Positions 1 to 9,009 of a stretch of DNA of 36,815 nt are shown here, piece by piece. Source of the stretch: a virus. The DNA lies in the IMG/VR virus record IMGVR_UViG_3300044998_000754. One strand, written 5' to 3'. Every line of letters starts with the position of its first letter. The first letter of the stretch is position 1. The notes below the pieces were generated by a model that did no database searches, was not told where the DNA came from, and saw only the letters and a list, made by a program, of their open reading frames with translations. A program made the position numbers and the translations under genes.

Positions 1-127
1 GAGCTTCGGCGTGGTCCTGGGGGAGTCACACACGCCCTACACTTCGTCGCCGCCGGCTACGCCCCGGAGATGACCGGCATCGCCCGCAAGACGGACGGCA
101 CCATCCCAGGTCACCCTCTCCGGGCCG
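1..127. repeat. 127-bp terminal direct repeat, identical to 36689..36815 (circular-closure overlap)
   Basis: Base-by-base comparison of the two window ends: gagcttcggcgtggtcctgg...caccctctccgggccg is present at both. Confidence 0.95.
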
Positions 128-339
128 GCGAGCGCCTACGGCTCCGGGCCGACCGCACGCCGACGACCTCGTCCCGTGAGGAGGAGGCCCTCGTGCAGGC
201 CATGCTCTCCTACGGTCTCATCGTCACGGACCGTACGAGCCCCGACGCCGGTCACAACATCCGGCTCCCCTCGGACCCAACTCTCTCCATCGACCTGACG
301 AGCCAGCTCCGGCTCACGGACTTCGAGGTCCTACGATGA
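1..339 (+). CDS. 3' part of a junction-spanning CDS (continues from 36146..36688; about 293 aa in total), hypothetical tail-module protein
   Basis: The frame of the listed ORF 70..339 is the same frame as the open reading from ATG 36146, once the 127-bp overlap is collapsed. TGA at 337..339 overlaps the terS ATG (ATGA). Confidence 0.75.
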   Translation, partial: ELRRGPGGVTHALHFVAAGYAPEMTGIARKTDGTIPGHPLRAGERLRLRADRTPTTSSREEEALVQAMLSYGLIVTDRTSPDAGHNIRLPSDPTLSIDLTSQLRLTDFEVLR

Positions 340-782
340 GCCGGCCGAAGGCACATCCGGTCGGCAACCCCCGACACGCCGTGTCGAAGGAACCCAAGCC
401 GGTCGCTCCGGTCGTCTCGTCCGCCCCGCCACCGCCGGCACACTTCGACCGTGAGGCCGTCGAGCTGTGGGACATCCTATGGACGATCGGCGTCGGGGTC
501 TACGCCCAAGCACACGTCCCGACGATCCAACGATACGTCGAACTCCAGCAGCGCCGTCGGGAGTTCCTGGCGGTCATCGAGGCCGAAGGATGGCTCGTGA
601 CCGGCTCCCAAGGCCAGCCCGTGCTCCATCCGATCGCCCGTCAACTCTCCGATGTGGAGGCCAAGCTCACATCGTTGGAGGACCGGCTCGGCTTGAGCCC
701 CGAGGCCTCGCTACGGCTCGGCATCGCAACCGCCGAGGTCAAGTCACGGCTGGACGCCTTCCTGGAGCGTTCCGGCAACTGA
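336..782 (+). CDS. terS: Terminase small subunit, P27-family-like
   Basis: 148 aa. The C-terminal ...LEDRLGLSPEASLRLGI... pattern and its size and position upstream of the packaging genes are typical of P27-family small terminases. Confidence 0.7.
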   Translation: MSRPKAHPVGNPRHAVSKEPKPVAPVVSSAPPPPAHFDREAVELWDILWTIGVGVYAQAHVPTIQRYVELQQRRREFLAVIEAEGWLVTGSQGQPVLHPIARQLSDVEAKLTSLEDRLGLSPEASLRLGIATAEVKSRLDAFLERSGN

Positions 783-796
783 TCCAAGAAGCTCCA

Positions 797-835
797 CCCC
801 TCGGAGCGCCCACTCAACCACCGAGCGCCGAGGGG
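797..835 (+). terminator. Imperfect hairpin between terS and nrdJ (CCCCTCGG ... CCGAGGGG)
   Basis: 8-bp perfect outer stem with partial inner pairing. No U-tract, so function is uncertain. Confidence 0.3.
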
Positions 836-885
836 AGGGCAGAGCCATCCCTTGGTGCTCCCCGACGCCCAAGGAGGCACCTGCG

Positions 886-2847
886 ATGATCCAATGGGGA
901 CCGACCGGACAGGAGGTCTACGAGCGAACCTACGCCCGTGAGAAGGCCGACGGCTCACTGGAGACCTGGCCTGAGACCGTCGAGCGCGTCGTGGACGGCA
1001 ACCTCGCCCTGGTCCCTGAGGACCACATCCTCGCCGGCGAGCGTGAGGACCTCATCTCCCTCCTCCTCCACTTCGACGCCCTCCCCGCCGGCCGGCACCT
1101 GTGGACCTCCGGCGTTCCTGGTCGTCAGTTCGTTCGCAACTGCCACCGAGCCGGCTGGGGTCCGTCGCTGGCCGATCACTTCACGTTCACCTTCGATGAA
1201 CTGATGAAGGGAGGGGGAGTCGGAGCCAACTACTCCGCCGAGTACCTCGCCGCCCTCCCGTCGGTCGAGGGCATGGTGTCCGTGTTCTTCACGATCGCCC
1301 CAAGCCACCCCGACGCCGACGAGGTCCGCACCGCCGCTGCGCCGAACTTCACCGCCCGCTCCCTGGAAGGCTGGACCGGCTCTCCCCCGTTCGTGGTCGA
1401 GGACAGCCGTGAAGGTTGGGTCGAGGCTCTCGGCCACCTGATCGAGTCCGCCACCAAGCCAGGTCATCACATCATCGTCTACGACGTCTCCAAGGTCCGA
1501 CACCGAGGCTCCCCTCTCCGGGGCTTCGGCGGCCGAGCCTCCGGACCCGGTCCCCTCGTCACCGCCTTGAGCGCCGCCGCCGACATCCTGGCCGACGCTC
1601 TGGGCCAGCACCTGAACGGGCTGGAGGCCATGAGGCTCGACCACGCCGTGGCTCAGTGTGTGGTCGCCGGCAACGTCCGGCGCTCGGCCCGCATGTCGAT
1701 CATGCATTGGCGGGACCCTCTCATCTTCGACTTCATCTCCTGCAAGGCCGACGCCTCGGAGCATTGGACGACCAACATCTCGGTCGAGGTCGATGAGGAC
1801 TTCTTCACCTCCCTCAACCTTGGGGACCGTCACGCCCAGGCCGTCCACGAGGCCGTCATCGCCGGGATGCTCACCAACGGTGAGCCTGGGTTCTACAACA
1901 GCGCCCGAGCCTCGGTCGGAGAGACCGGAGACGTCCGCTCGACCAACCCGTGCGGTGAGATCGCTTTGGAGGAGTGGGAGTCCTGCAACCTCGGTCACGT
2001 CAATCTGGCCCACTTCCATGATGACCACGACGGTGCCATCAAGGCCTTCCGGCTCATGGCCCGGTTCCTCGTCCGAGCGACCAAGGCGGACTTGACCGAT
2101 CCGCGTCAAGCCGAGGTCGAGGCCCGCAACCGCCGCATCGGCGTCGGCTTCTTCGGGTTCCAGGAGTGGCTCGCCGGTATGGGCATCCGCTACTCCGAGG
2201 CTCCCCGCCGCATGGCGGTCGCCGCTCTCCTCCAGGACTTCCGTGACGCCGTCGTCTCCGAGGCCGACAACTACGCCGACGCTCTGGGCATCCCTCGGCC
2301 GATCAAGCACACCACGATCGCTCCGACCGGCTCGATCGCCAAGCTGCCCGGCAACACCGAGGGCATCCACCCGGTCTACGCCCGCTACTACGAGCGCCGG
2401 GTCCGCTACGCCGCGACCGACCCCAAGCTCCGGGCTCTGGCCGAGACCCACCAGATCGAGGACTGCATCTACAGCGCCGGCACCAAGGTCGTCGTGTTCC
2501 ATGTCCGGGACGCCCTCCTGGACCACGTCCCCGAGGACCTCGTGGAGCAGGCCGACGAGGTCTCCCCGGCCGCCATGCTCGCCGTTCAGCGGCTCGTCCA
2601 GGAGCACTACGCCGACAACGCAGTGAGCTTCACCGTGAACGTCCCGACGGACACGTCGCCCGAGGTCCTGGACGCCGCCATCCGTGAACATCTCCCACAC
2701 CTCAAGGGCACGACCGTCATGCCCGACGCCTCACGGCCACAAGCGCCATACACCCGCATCACCAAGGAGGCCTACGAAGCCGCCACGGACCACGAGGTCG
2801 GTCAGGCCTTCGATGAGTGCGCCCTGGGAGCATGCCCGGTCCGCTGA
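886..2847 (+). CDS. nrdJ: Class II (adenosylcobalamin-dependent) ribonucleotide reductase
   Basis: 653 aa. N-terminal YERTYAR...ETWPETVERVV and LPAGRHLWTSG are NrdJ-like. It has the catalytic STNPCGEIALEEWESCNLGHVNL motif and a C-terminal Cys pair (CALGAC). Strong RBS: aaggagg. Confidence 0.85.
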   Translation: MIQWGPTGQEVYERTYAREKADGSLETWPETVERVVDGNLALVPEDHILAGEREDLISLLLHFDALPAGRHLWTSGVPGRQFVRNCHRAGWGPSLADHFTFTFDELMKGGGVGANYSAEYLAALPSVEGMVSVFFTIAPSHPDADEVRTAAAPNFTARSLEGWTGSPPFVVEDSREGWVEALGHLIESATKPGHHIIVYDVSKVRHRGSPLRGFGGRASGPGPLVTALSAAADILADALGQHLNGLEAMRLDHAVAQCVVAGNVRRSARMSIMHWRDPLIFDFISCKADASEHWTTNISVEVDEDFFTSLNLGDRHAQAVHEAVIAGMLTNGEPGFYNSARASVGETGDVRSTNPCGEIALEEWESCNLGHVNLAHFHDDHDGAIKAFRLMARFLVRATKADLTDPRQAEVEARNRRIGVGFFGFQEWLAGMGIRYSEAPRRMAVAALLQDFRDAVVSEADNYADALGIPRPIKHTTIAPTGSIAKLPGNTEGIHPVYARYYERRVRYAATDPKLRALAETHQIEDCIYSAGTKVVVFHVRDALLDHVPEDLVEQADEVSPAAMLAVQRLVQEHYADNAVSFTVNVPTDTSPEVLDAAIREHLPHLKGTTVMPDASRPQAPYTRITKEAYEAATDHEVGQAFDECALGACPVR

Positions 2848-2865
2848 ACGAAGGAGGCCGACGAA

Positions 2866-4308
2866 GTGGACTACCCAACGCAAGGTGACCGTGTCATTGA
2901 GTTCACCGAGACCTTCCTCACGTTGGGAGGCTCCTTCGTCGGCCAACCCTTCATCCCGCTCCCGTGGATGAAGGACACCCTCCGGGACATCTTCCGGCTC
3001 GATCCCGAGACCGGCCGCCGCCAGCACCGCACCTACCTGCTCGGTGTTCCCCGCAAGAACGCCAAGAGCACCCTGGGAGCGGCCATCGCCGTCTACATGC
3101 TCTGCATCGACAACGCCGACCCCAAGCCGGAGGTCTACTCCGCTGCCGGCGACCGGGCTCAGGCCAAGCTCGTGTTCGATGAGGCCAAGAGGATGATCCA
3201 GTCCTGTCCGGAACTGGACGACATCTGCACCGTCTACCGAGATGAGATTCGCTGTCACCGGACCGGTGGACGCTACAAGGCCGTGTCCGCCGACGCCGGC
3301 CTGGCTCACGGCCTGAACCCCTCGTGCGTCATCGTTGACGAGTTCCACGTTCACAAGACGGACGAGCTGTACGTCGCCCTCACGACCGGGTCCGCCACCC
3401 GCAACCAACCGCTCACCGTCGTCATCACAACGGCCGGCCATGACCTGGAGTCTCCGCTCGGCAAGCTCTACGAGTACGGCCGCCGGGTCGAGTCCGGCGA
3501 AGTTGACGATCCATCCTTCGGCTTCCGCTGGTACGGCCCTAGGGACGGAGAGGAGTTCGATCCGTCCGATCCCGAGACCTGGAAGCGGTACAACCCGTCC
3601 TGGGAGATCATGAACGAGGACGACTTCCGGTCCGCCTGGAAGTCTACCCACGAGAGCCAGTTCATCCGCTACCGCCTGAACGGCTGGACCGCCGCTGAGT
3701 CGGTGTGGCTCCCTCACGGTGCTTGGGAGGCCTGCCGATCAGACGACCGCCCGCTGGCTCCTGGCGATGAGGTCATCCTCGGCTTCGACGGTGCTTGGAA
3801 GGGTGACTCCACCGCCATCGTCGCCGTCCGGCTGGACGACTTCCACCTGAACCTCGTCGGTCTCTGGGAGGCTCCTCCCGACGATCCGCACTGGCGGACG
3901 CCGGCCGAGGACGTCAAGGAAGCGATCCGCCAGGCGTGTCGAACCTACCGAGTCCGGGAGATCGTCTGTGACCCGTTCCGGTTCGAGCAGTCGCTCCTAG
4001 ACCTCATGGACGAGGGCTTCCCGATCATCGAGTACCCGACCAACTCACTCGCCCGCATGGTCCCGGCGACGCAGTCCTTCTACGACGCCGTCATGGACCG
4101 GAAGCTCACTCACGACGGTCATCCAGCCCTAGCCCGTCACATCGGCCACGCCGTCCTCAAGGAGGATGCGAAGGGAGCCCGCATCACGAAGGCCAGCAGA
4201 GCGAGCAGCCGCCACATCGACGCCGCCGTAGCCGCTGTCATCGGCCACCATCGAGCCCGCCAGTTCCGGGAGACGGTCGTGAGTGAGCCCCAGCTCTTGG
4301 TCCTCTGA
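2866..4308 (+). CDS. terL: Terminase large subunit
   Basis: 480 aa. Walker A-like GVPRKNAKST and Walker B-like CVIVDEFH, with a nuclease-type C-terminal half. It sits upstream of the portal gene. Confidence 0.9.
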   Translation: MDYPTQGDRVIEFTETFLTLGGSFVGQPFIPLPWMKDTLRDIFRLDPETGRRQHRTYLLGVPRKNAKSTLGAAIAVYMLCIDNADPKPEVYSAAGDRAQAKLVFDEAKRMIQSCPELDDICTVYRDEIRCHRTGGRYKAVSADAGLAHGLNPSCVIVDEFHVHKTDELYVALTTGSATRNQPLTVVITTAGHDLESPLGKLYEYGRRVESGEVDDPSFGFRWYGPRDGEEFDPSDPETWKRYNPSWEIMNEDDFRSAWKSTHESQFIRYRLNGWTAAESVWLPHGAWEACRSDDRPLAPGDEVILGFDGAWKGDSTAIVAVRLDDFHLNLVGLWEAPPDDPHWRTPAEDVKEAIRQACRTYRVREIVCDPFRFEQSLLDLMDEGFPIIEYPTNSLARMVPATQSFYDAVMDRKLTHDGHPALARHIGHAVLKEDAKGARITKASRASSRHIDAAVAAVIGHHRARQFRETVVSEPQLLVL

Positions 4309-4349
4309 GCCTCGCCCGTCCGCTGCCACCGAAGTTCCCGGAGGACTCA

Positions 4350-4493
4350 ATGCTCTCCTTCATCATCGGCCTCCTCGGCATCGTCGCCGTCGTCGCCGGC
4401 CTCTACCTCCTCGCCCCGCCTCTCACCCTCGTCGCCATCGGAGCGGGCCTCATCCGCCTCGCCATCCTCCGGGAGAAGGGAGATGACTCGTGA
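4350..4493 (+). CDS. Small membrane protein (47 aa, two hydrophobic segments)
   Basis: Translated by hand: MLSFIIGLLGIVAVVAGLYLLAPPLTLVAIGAGLIRLAILREKGDDS. RBS ggagga lies 5 nt upstream. Its stop overlaps the portal GTG (GTGA). It is below the length cut-off of the ORF track. Confidence 0.6.
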   Translation: MLSFIIGLLGIVAVVAGLYLLAPPLTLVAIGAGLIRLAILREKGDDS

Positions 4494-5704
4494 GACTCTC
4501 GACCTTCTTCGGGGCACATCGGAGCCAGGAGCACCGCTCCATGAGCTTCCAGGACTTGTGGGGGATGGGCTACGACGCCTCACACCACGGTACGAAGTCC
4601 GGCAAGCGCGTCACCTACGACACCGCCATGACGGTCTCCGCCGTCTACGGCTCGGTCCGCATCCTGAGTGACAACATCTCGACGCTCCCGCTCGACACCT
4701 TCCAACGCATCGACGGAACCCGCAGACCGTACCGCCCTCGACCGGAGTGGCTGAACTTCACCGACGGCCCGTACAACCGGATCGAGGTCCTCGGGCAGGT
4801 CATGGTCAGCCTCCTCCTCGACGGCAACGCCTACATCGCTACCTACCGGGACCGGTCCGGTCTCATCGTCTGGCTGGAGGTCCTTGACCCCAGGCAGGTC
4901 GAGCCCGAGAAGGTCGGGTCCACCATCCGCTACTCGGTCAACGGCCAACCGTCGGTCGATGCCCTGGACATCCTCCACATCACCGGCATGATGATGCCGG
5001 GAGCGGTCAAGGGCATCTCCCCGGTCACCGCCGCCCGCGAGACGATCGGCCTCGCCATCGCCGCCACGGCGTACGGCGCTGCGTTCTTCGGCAACGGAGC
5101 CGTCCCAGGCTCCGTGGTCGAGGTCCCAGGACAGCTCTCGGCCGACGGCATCAAGGCCCTCCGGGCCGCATGGGAGGAGCGGCACCGGGGAGCGGAGAAC
5201 GCTCACCGCCTCGCCGTCATCACCGAGGGAGCGAAGTTCTCCAAGCTCACGGTCGATCCGGAAGATGCTCAGTTCCTGGAGACCCGAGAGTTCCAGGTCT
5301 CCGACATCGCCCGCATCTACGGCATCCCTCCACACCTGCTGTCCGATGCCAGCGGCTCCACATCCTGGGGGAGTGGTCTGGCCGAGCAGAACACAGCGTT
5401 CGTCCAGCAGTCGCTCCGACCGTGGGTCGAGCGGATCGAGGCCGCCTTCACCTTCGCCCTTCACACCGAGGGCCGGCCCAGCAACACCTTCGTCAAGCTG
5501 AACGTGGACGGCCTCCTCCGAGGCTCCAACAAGGATCGCATGATGAGCTACCAGATCGGGCTCCAGAACGGTCTCTACACCATCAACGAGGTCCGAGCCC
5601 TGGAGGACCTCGGTCCGGTCGAGTGGGGAGACAGACCACTCGTCATCAACCCCCAGGCCCCAGGCACCAAGCCAGTCGTCATCTCCGAAGGAGAGCAACC
5701 ATGA
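4490..5704 (+). CDS. Portal protein, HK97 family
   Basis: 404 aa with the characteristic ...IARIYGIPPHLL... motif. It lies between terL and the prohead protease. The start could instead be ATG 4541. Confidence 0.9.
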   Translation: MRLSTFFGAHRSQEHRSMSFQDLWGMGYDASHHGTKSGKRVTYDTAMTVSAVYGSVRILSDNISTLPLDTFQRIDGTRRPYRPRPEWLNFTDGPYNRIEVLGQVMVSLLLDGNAYIATYRDRSGLIVWLEVLDPRQVEPEKVGSTIRYSVNGQPSVDALDILHITGMMMPGAVKGISPVTAARETIGLAIAATAYGAAFFGNGAVPGSVVEVPGQLSADGIKALRAAWEERHRGAENAHRLAVITEGAKFSKLTVDPEDAQFLETREFQVSDIARIYGIPPHLLSDASGSTSWGSGLAEQNTAFVQQSLRPWVERIEAAFTFALHTEGRPSNTFVKLNVDGLLRGSNKDRMMSYQIGLQNGLYTINEVRALEDLGPVEWGDRPLVINPQAPGTKPVVISEGEQP

Positions 5705-6372
5705 CCGCCCACCGCTGGGAGTCTCGCACCATCACCCGGCCCGTCGAGCTTCGGTCCGAGGGCTCCAAGCTTGTCGCCACCGGCTACGCCGCCGTGTTCG
5801 GCAAGCGGAGTCACAACCTCGGTGGCTTCGTGGAGGTCGTCGCGCCGACGGCCTTCTCCAAGACGATCAAGGAAGCCGACGTCGTCGCCCTCCGGGACCA
5901 CGATCCGAGCAAGGTCCTCGGCCGGGTCTCCTCCGGCACCCTCCGCCTGTCGGTGGACGAGGTCGGACTGGCCTACGAGGTCGACCTCCCCGACACGACC
6001 GACGGCCGAGACCTGGCGATCCTCCTGGAGCGCCGGGACATCATCGGCTCCTCGTTCGGCTTCCGAGTCACCGCCGACGGAGATGAGTGGACAGAGACCG
6101 AGGACGGCTTCCCGCTCCGGGTCCTCACCAACGTCGCCCTCCGGGACATCTCGCCGGTCACCTACCCGGCCTACCCGGACACCGAGGCCGCCCTCCGCTC
6201 CCTGGCGGAGGCCCGCTCCCTAGACCTCGACGCCGTGGAGCGAGCGGCTCGCAACAACGACCTCCGATCACTGCTCCAGCAGTCCGACACCACGAACGAC
6301 ACCGACGACGCCGAGGACGACCGGGCCGCCCCCATCGTCCGCCGGCACCAGCGTCGGTTCGTTCACCTCTGA
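5701..6372 (+). CDS. Prohead maturation protease, HK97 (S78) family
   Basis: Start taken at ATG 5701 (ATGA overlap with the portal stop) inside the longer listed ORF 5170..6372. Motifs: VVALRDHDPSKVLGR and IIGSSFGF. Confidence 0.85.
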   Translation: MTAHRWESRTITRPVELRSEGSKLVATGYAAVFGKRSHNLGGFVEVVAPTAFSKTIKEADVVALRDHDPSKVLGRVSSGTLRLSVDEVGLAYEVDLPDTTDGRDLAILLERRDIIGSSFGFRVTADGDEWTETEDGFPLRVLTNVALRDISPVTYPAYPDTEAALRSLAEARSLDLDAVERAARNNDLRSLLQQSDTTNDTDDAEDDRAAPIVRRHQRRFVHL

Positions 6373-6412
6373 TGGACCGGGCGGACCCCATCCATCGCAC
6401 ATCACCACACAG

Positions 6413-6432
6413 GTCCGTGAACCATCACGGAC
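6413..6432. promoter_or_regulatory. Operator-like palindrome, copy A (GTCCGTGAACCATCACGGAC)
   Basis: Matches 15 of the 16 fixed positions of GTCCG-N-GAA-NN-TTC-N-CGGAC. Lies in the protease-capsid intergenic gap, 35 nt upstream of the capsid ATG. Confidence 0.55.
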
Positions 6433-6466
6433 CGACGACCGCTCAGTCCAACCAAGGAGGACAACC

Positions 6467-7693
6467 ATGAGCACCCCACAGATCAAGGCTCTGTTCGAGG
6501 AGCGGAGCAAGGCCGCCCACGACCTCCGAGCCCTCTACGACGCCGCCGGCACGGAGGACCTGACCGCAGAGCAGGTCCAGACCGAGGAGCGCCTCCACGC
6601 CGTCATCTCCAACGCCGATGAGCGGATCAAGAACCTCCTCTCGGTCTCCGAGGGGGAGGAGCGCGCCGCCGAGGCCTGGAAGGACCTCGGGAACCGTGAG
6701 CCGGACGCAGCGCCCGCCGACGAGGTCCGGTCCGACGAGGACATCCTCCGGGCCGTCGCCCGTGGCGAGCAGCGGTACGCCGAGTTCGGCTTCGAGCAGC
6801 GCGGCACCGCCACCCTCATCAAGGGCACGGCCGCCATCGGCGGCAACACCGTCCCGACCTCGTTCTACGACACCCTCGTGGAGTCGATGACCGAGGTCTC
6901 CACCGTCCTGACCGCCGGTGCAACCGTTCTCCGCACGGCCGGCGGTGAGAAGATCCTCGTCCCGACCGCCACGGCGTTTCCGGAGGCCGCCCTCGTGGCG
7001 GAGAACGCCCAGATCGGGAACCAGGACGCTACCTTCGGGCAGAAGGAGCTCGACGCCTACAAGTACGCCTTCACCATGCAGGCATCGAGCGAGCTGCTGG
7101 CGGACACCGGCGTGGACCTGACGGAGTTCCTGGCCCGCCGTGGTGGCGAGGCCCTCGGCAACGCCGTCGGCACCGCCTCGATGACCGGCACCGGCTCCGG
7201 GCAGCCTCAGGGCATCTACGCCTCCTCGGGCGGTCTCGGGACCGTGGCCTCGGCGTCCGGCTCGGTGGCAGCGGGCTTCCGGTACGAGGACATCATCGAC
7301 CTCGTCCACAGCATCACCCGCCCCTACCGCAACGGCGCATCCTTCATCGCCGGAGACCACCACATCAAGGGTCTCCGCAAGCTCCGTGAGGGCTCCGGCA
7401 CCGGTCAGTTCCTGTGGCAGCCCGCCATCACGGCCGGCGAGCCCGACACCCTGGCCGGCTTCCCCGTCTACACCGACCCTGCGGTTCCGACCGCCACGAC
7501 CAACGGCTCCAAGGGCATTGCCTTCGGCAACTGGAAGCGCGCCGTCATGGTCCGCTTCGCCGGCCCGGTCCGTGTCGAGGCCTCGGACGACTTCCGGTTC
7601 GACTACGACGTGACGACCTGGAGGTTCATCCTCCGGTTCGACTCCGAAGTGGTCGATCCCGCCGCCGGCAAGGTCCTGACCTACACGACCTGA
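6467..7693 (+). CDS. Major capsid protein, HK97 fold
   Basis: 408 aa. Charged, coiled-coil-like N-terminal delta-type region followed by an HK97-like core, ending ...VRVEASDDFRFDYDVTTWRFILRFD. RBS aaggagg. Confidence 0.9.
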   Translation: MSTPQIKALFEERSKAAHDLRALYDAAGTEDLTAEQVQTEERLHAVISNADERIKNLLSVSEGEERAAEAWKDLGNREPDAAPADEVRSDEDILRAVARGEQRYAEFGFEQRGTATLIKGTAAIGGNTVPTSFYDTLVESMTEVSTVLTAGATVLRTAGGEKILVPTATAFPEAALVAENAQIGNQDATFGQKELDAYKYAFTMQASSELLADTGVDLTEFLARRGGEALGNAVGTASMTGTGSGQPQGIYASSGGLGTVASASGSVAAGFRYEDIIDLVHSITRPYRNGASFIAGDHHIKGLRKLREGSGTGQFLWQPAITAGEPDTLAGFPVYTDPAVPTATTNGSKGIAFGNWKRAVMVRFAGPVRVEASDDFRFDYDVTTWRFILRFDSEVVDPAAGKVLTYTT

Positions 7694-7697
7694 TCCT

Positions 7698-7752
7698 GGT
7701 GCTCAGTGAGCACCTTCTGGCAGATGGGGGAGGGCTCCGGCTCTCCCCCATC
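7698..7752 (+). terminator. Two tandem hairpins just downstream of the capsid gene
   Basis: GGTGCTC-agt-GAGCACC (7698..7714) and GATGGGGGAG-8 nt-CTCCCCCATC (7723..7752). There is no clear U-tract, so this may be an attenuator or a stability element. Confidence 0.45.
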
Positions 7753-7784
7753 ACCGTCCTCGTCCGTCCGACCAAGGAGCCAAC

Positions 7785-8372
7785 GTGGCCTACTGCACCA
7801 TCCAGGACGTCCGCTCCGTCCAGGGCCTCGATGACGTCGCCACCTTCCCGGACGAGGTCGTGGAGGCCGCCATCGCGCAGGCCGAAGAACTGATCGACAC
7901 CTACTGCGGCACGAGCTTCACGGTCAAGCCCTTCACGGTCACCGTTGACGGCACCATGTCAAGAGCGGTCCGCATCCCCGTCATGTACCCCAGGTCTCTC
8001 ACGTCCGTCACCGTCGACGGGGAGGTCGTCCCGACCGGCGACCTGGTGGACTGGAGGCTCCTCCCCGAGGGGATCGTCTGGCGGCCCGACGGCGTCTTCC
8101 CACACACCGAGCCGGGAGCCAACATCACCATCTCCGGCACGGCCGGCGTCACCGATGAGCCTCCCGCAGAGATCGCCGCCGCCACCCGCACGCTCACCAT
8201 CGGCAACCTCCTGCAACTGGAGAACCGGGTCCCGGATCGAGCCCTCGCCGTTCAGTCGGAGTTCGGACAGATTCAGGTCGCCCAGGCCGGCGGCCTGAAC
8301 CGGCCGACCGAGTACCCGTCGGTCAACGCCATCCTCAACCGACACCGGCACCGTCCCCCGGCATGTCCGTGA
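7785..8372 (+). CDS. Head-tail connector (gp6-like adaptor)
   Basis: 195 aa. The N-terminus MAYCTIQDVRSVQGL...EVVEAAIAQAEELIDTYCG is typical of gp6-like head-tail connectors. GTG start after the RBS aaggag. Confidence 0.65.
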   Translation: MAYCTIQDVRSVQGLDDVATFPDEVVEAAIAQAEELIDTYCGTSFTVKPFTVTVDGTMSRAVRIPVMYPRSLTSVTVDGEVVPTGDLVDWRLLPEGIVWRPDGVFPHTEPGANITISGTAGVTDEPPAEIAAATRTLTIGNLLQLENRVPDRALAVQSEFGQIQVAQAGGLNRPTEYPSVNAILNRHRHRPPACP

Positions 8373-8383
8373 CGGAGGTCGCC

Positions 8384-8827
8384 ATGACACCAACCTCCAC
8401 CATCGTCCCGGTCAAGGCCGGTCTCATCCAGGCCCTCCGGGGCCGGCCCGGTCTGTCCGGAGTCCTCATCACCTACGCCGACCCCGGCGACAAGGGACGT
8501 CGTGAGCAGATGTTCTGTACCGACGTCCGAAGGGCTGAGCAGGAGCCGGCATCGTTCAGGTCCGGCCGCAAGCACCGGGACGAGGAGTACGAACTTGACC
8601 TCGTCGTGGACTGCTCGTCCAAGACGAGCCCCGAGGCTACCGAGGCCCGATGCATGGAGATGGTGGCCGAGGTCGAGGACGAACTGGCCGAGGACCAGAC
8701 GGTCCGAGGCACCCCAGGAGTCCTCTGGGCCACGGTCACCGACCTCCGCCTGAGTACCCAGGAGACCGGCGACGGTCCGGTCTCCAGAGCCCTCGTCACC
8801 ATCACCGTGAGAGCGAGACTGACATGA
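8384..8827 (+). CDS. Neck / tail-completion-like protein (hypothetical)
   Basis: Start chosen at ATG 8384, preceded by ggagg; the listed ORF starts at 8363. Function is inferred only from size and position in the neck module. Confidence 0.45.
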   Translation: MTPTSTIVPVKAGLIQALRGRPGLSGVLITYADPGDKGRREQMFCTDVRRAEQEPASFRSGRKHRDEEYELDLVVDCSSKTSPEATEARCMEMVAEVEDELAEDQTVRGTPGVLWATVTDLRLSTQETGDGPVSRALVTITVRARLT

Positions 8828-9009
8828 CCAAGATGATCTACGGGGGAGGCCACGACTCGGTCACGGTCGTCCTCCCAGACCGGAGCCTCACGGTCGAACC
8901 CGGTGAGGCCGTCGAGGTGACCGCCGACGAGGCCAAGCTCCTCGCCACCCTTCCCGGCTGGAAGGCCGAGAAGCCAGCCACGCCCAAGCCCTCCAAGGAG
9001 ACCAACTGA
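8824..9009 (+). CDS. Hypothetical small structural-module protein (61 aa)
   Basis: ATGA overlap with the upstream stop and TGATG overlap with the next start. High GC3 in this frame. Confidence 0.5.
   Translation: MTKMIYGGGHDSVTVVLPDRSLTVEPGEAVEVTADEAKLLATLPGWKAEKPATPKPSKETN

Noticed and set aside
1-127. The 127-bp terminal repeat as a biological DTR or cos site
   Set aside because: An exact length of 127 nt and a CDS running through it point to an assembler k-mer overlap on a circular contig. Nothing in the repeat resembles a packaging signal.
955-2700. Long antisense ORFs opposite real genes (955..2700, 4580..5698, 6443..7363, 10580..12874, 19619..20407, 26739..27734 and 34837..35769, all on the minus strand)
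   Set aside because: These are typical stop-codon-poor shadow frames of a GC-rich genome. The translations are Arg/Gly/Asp/Pro-rich with no motifs, and each lies opposite a + strand gene with clear family signatures and RBS-coupled starts.
5170-5700. N-terminal 177-aa extension of the protease ORF (listed as 5170..6372)
   Set aside because: The extension overlaps the portal gene out of frame and is Arg/Pro/Gly-rich. ATG 5701 forms an ATGA junction with the portal stop and gives a normal-length HK97-type protease.
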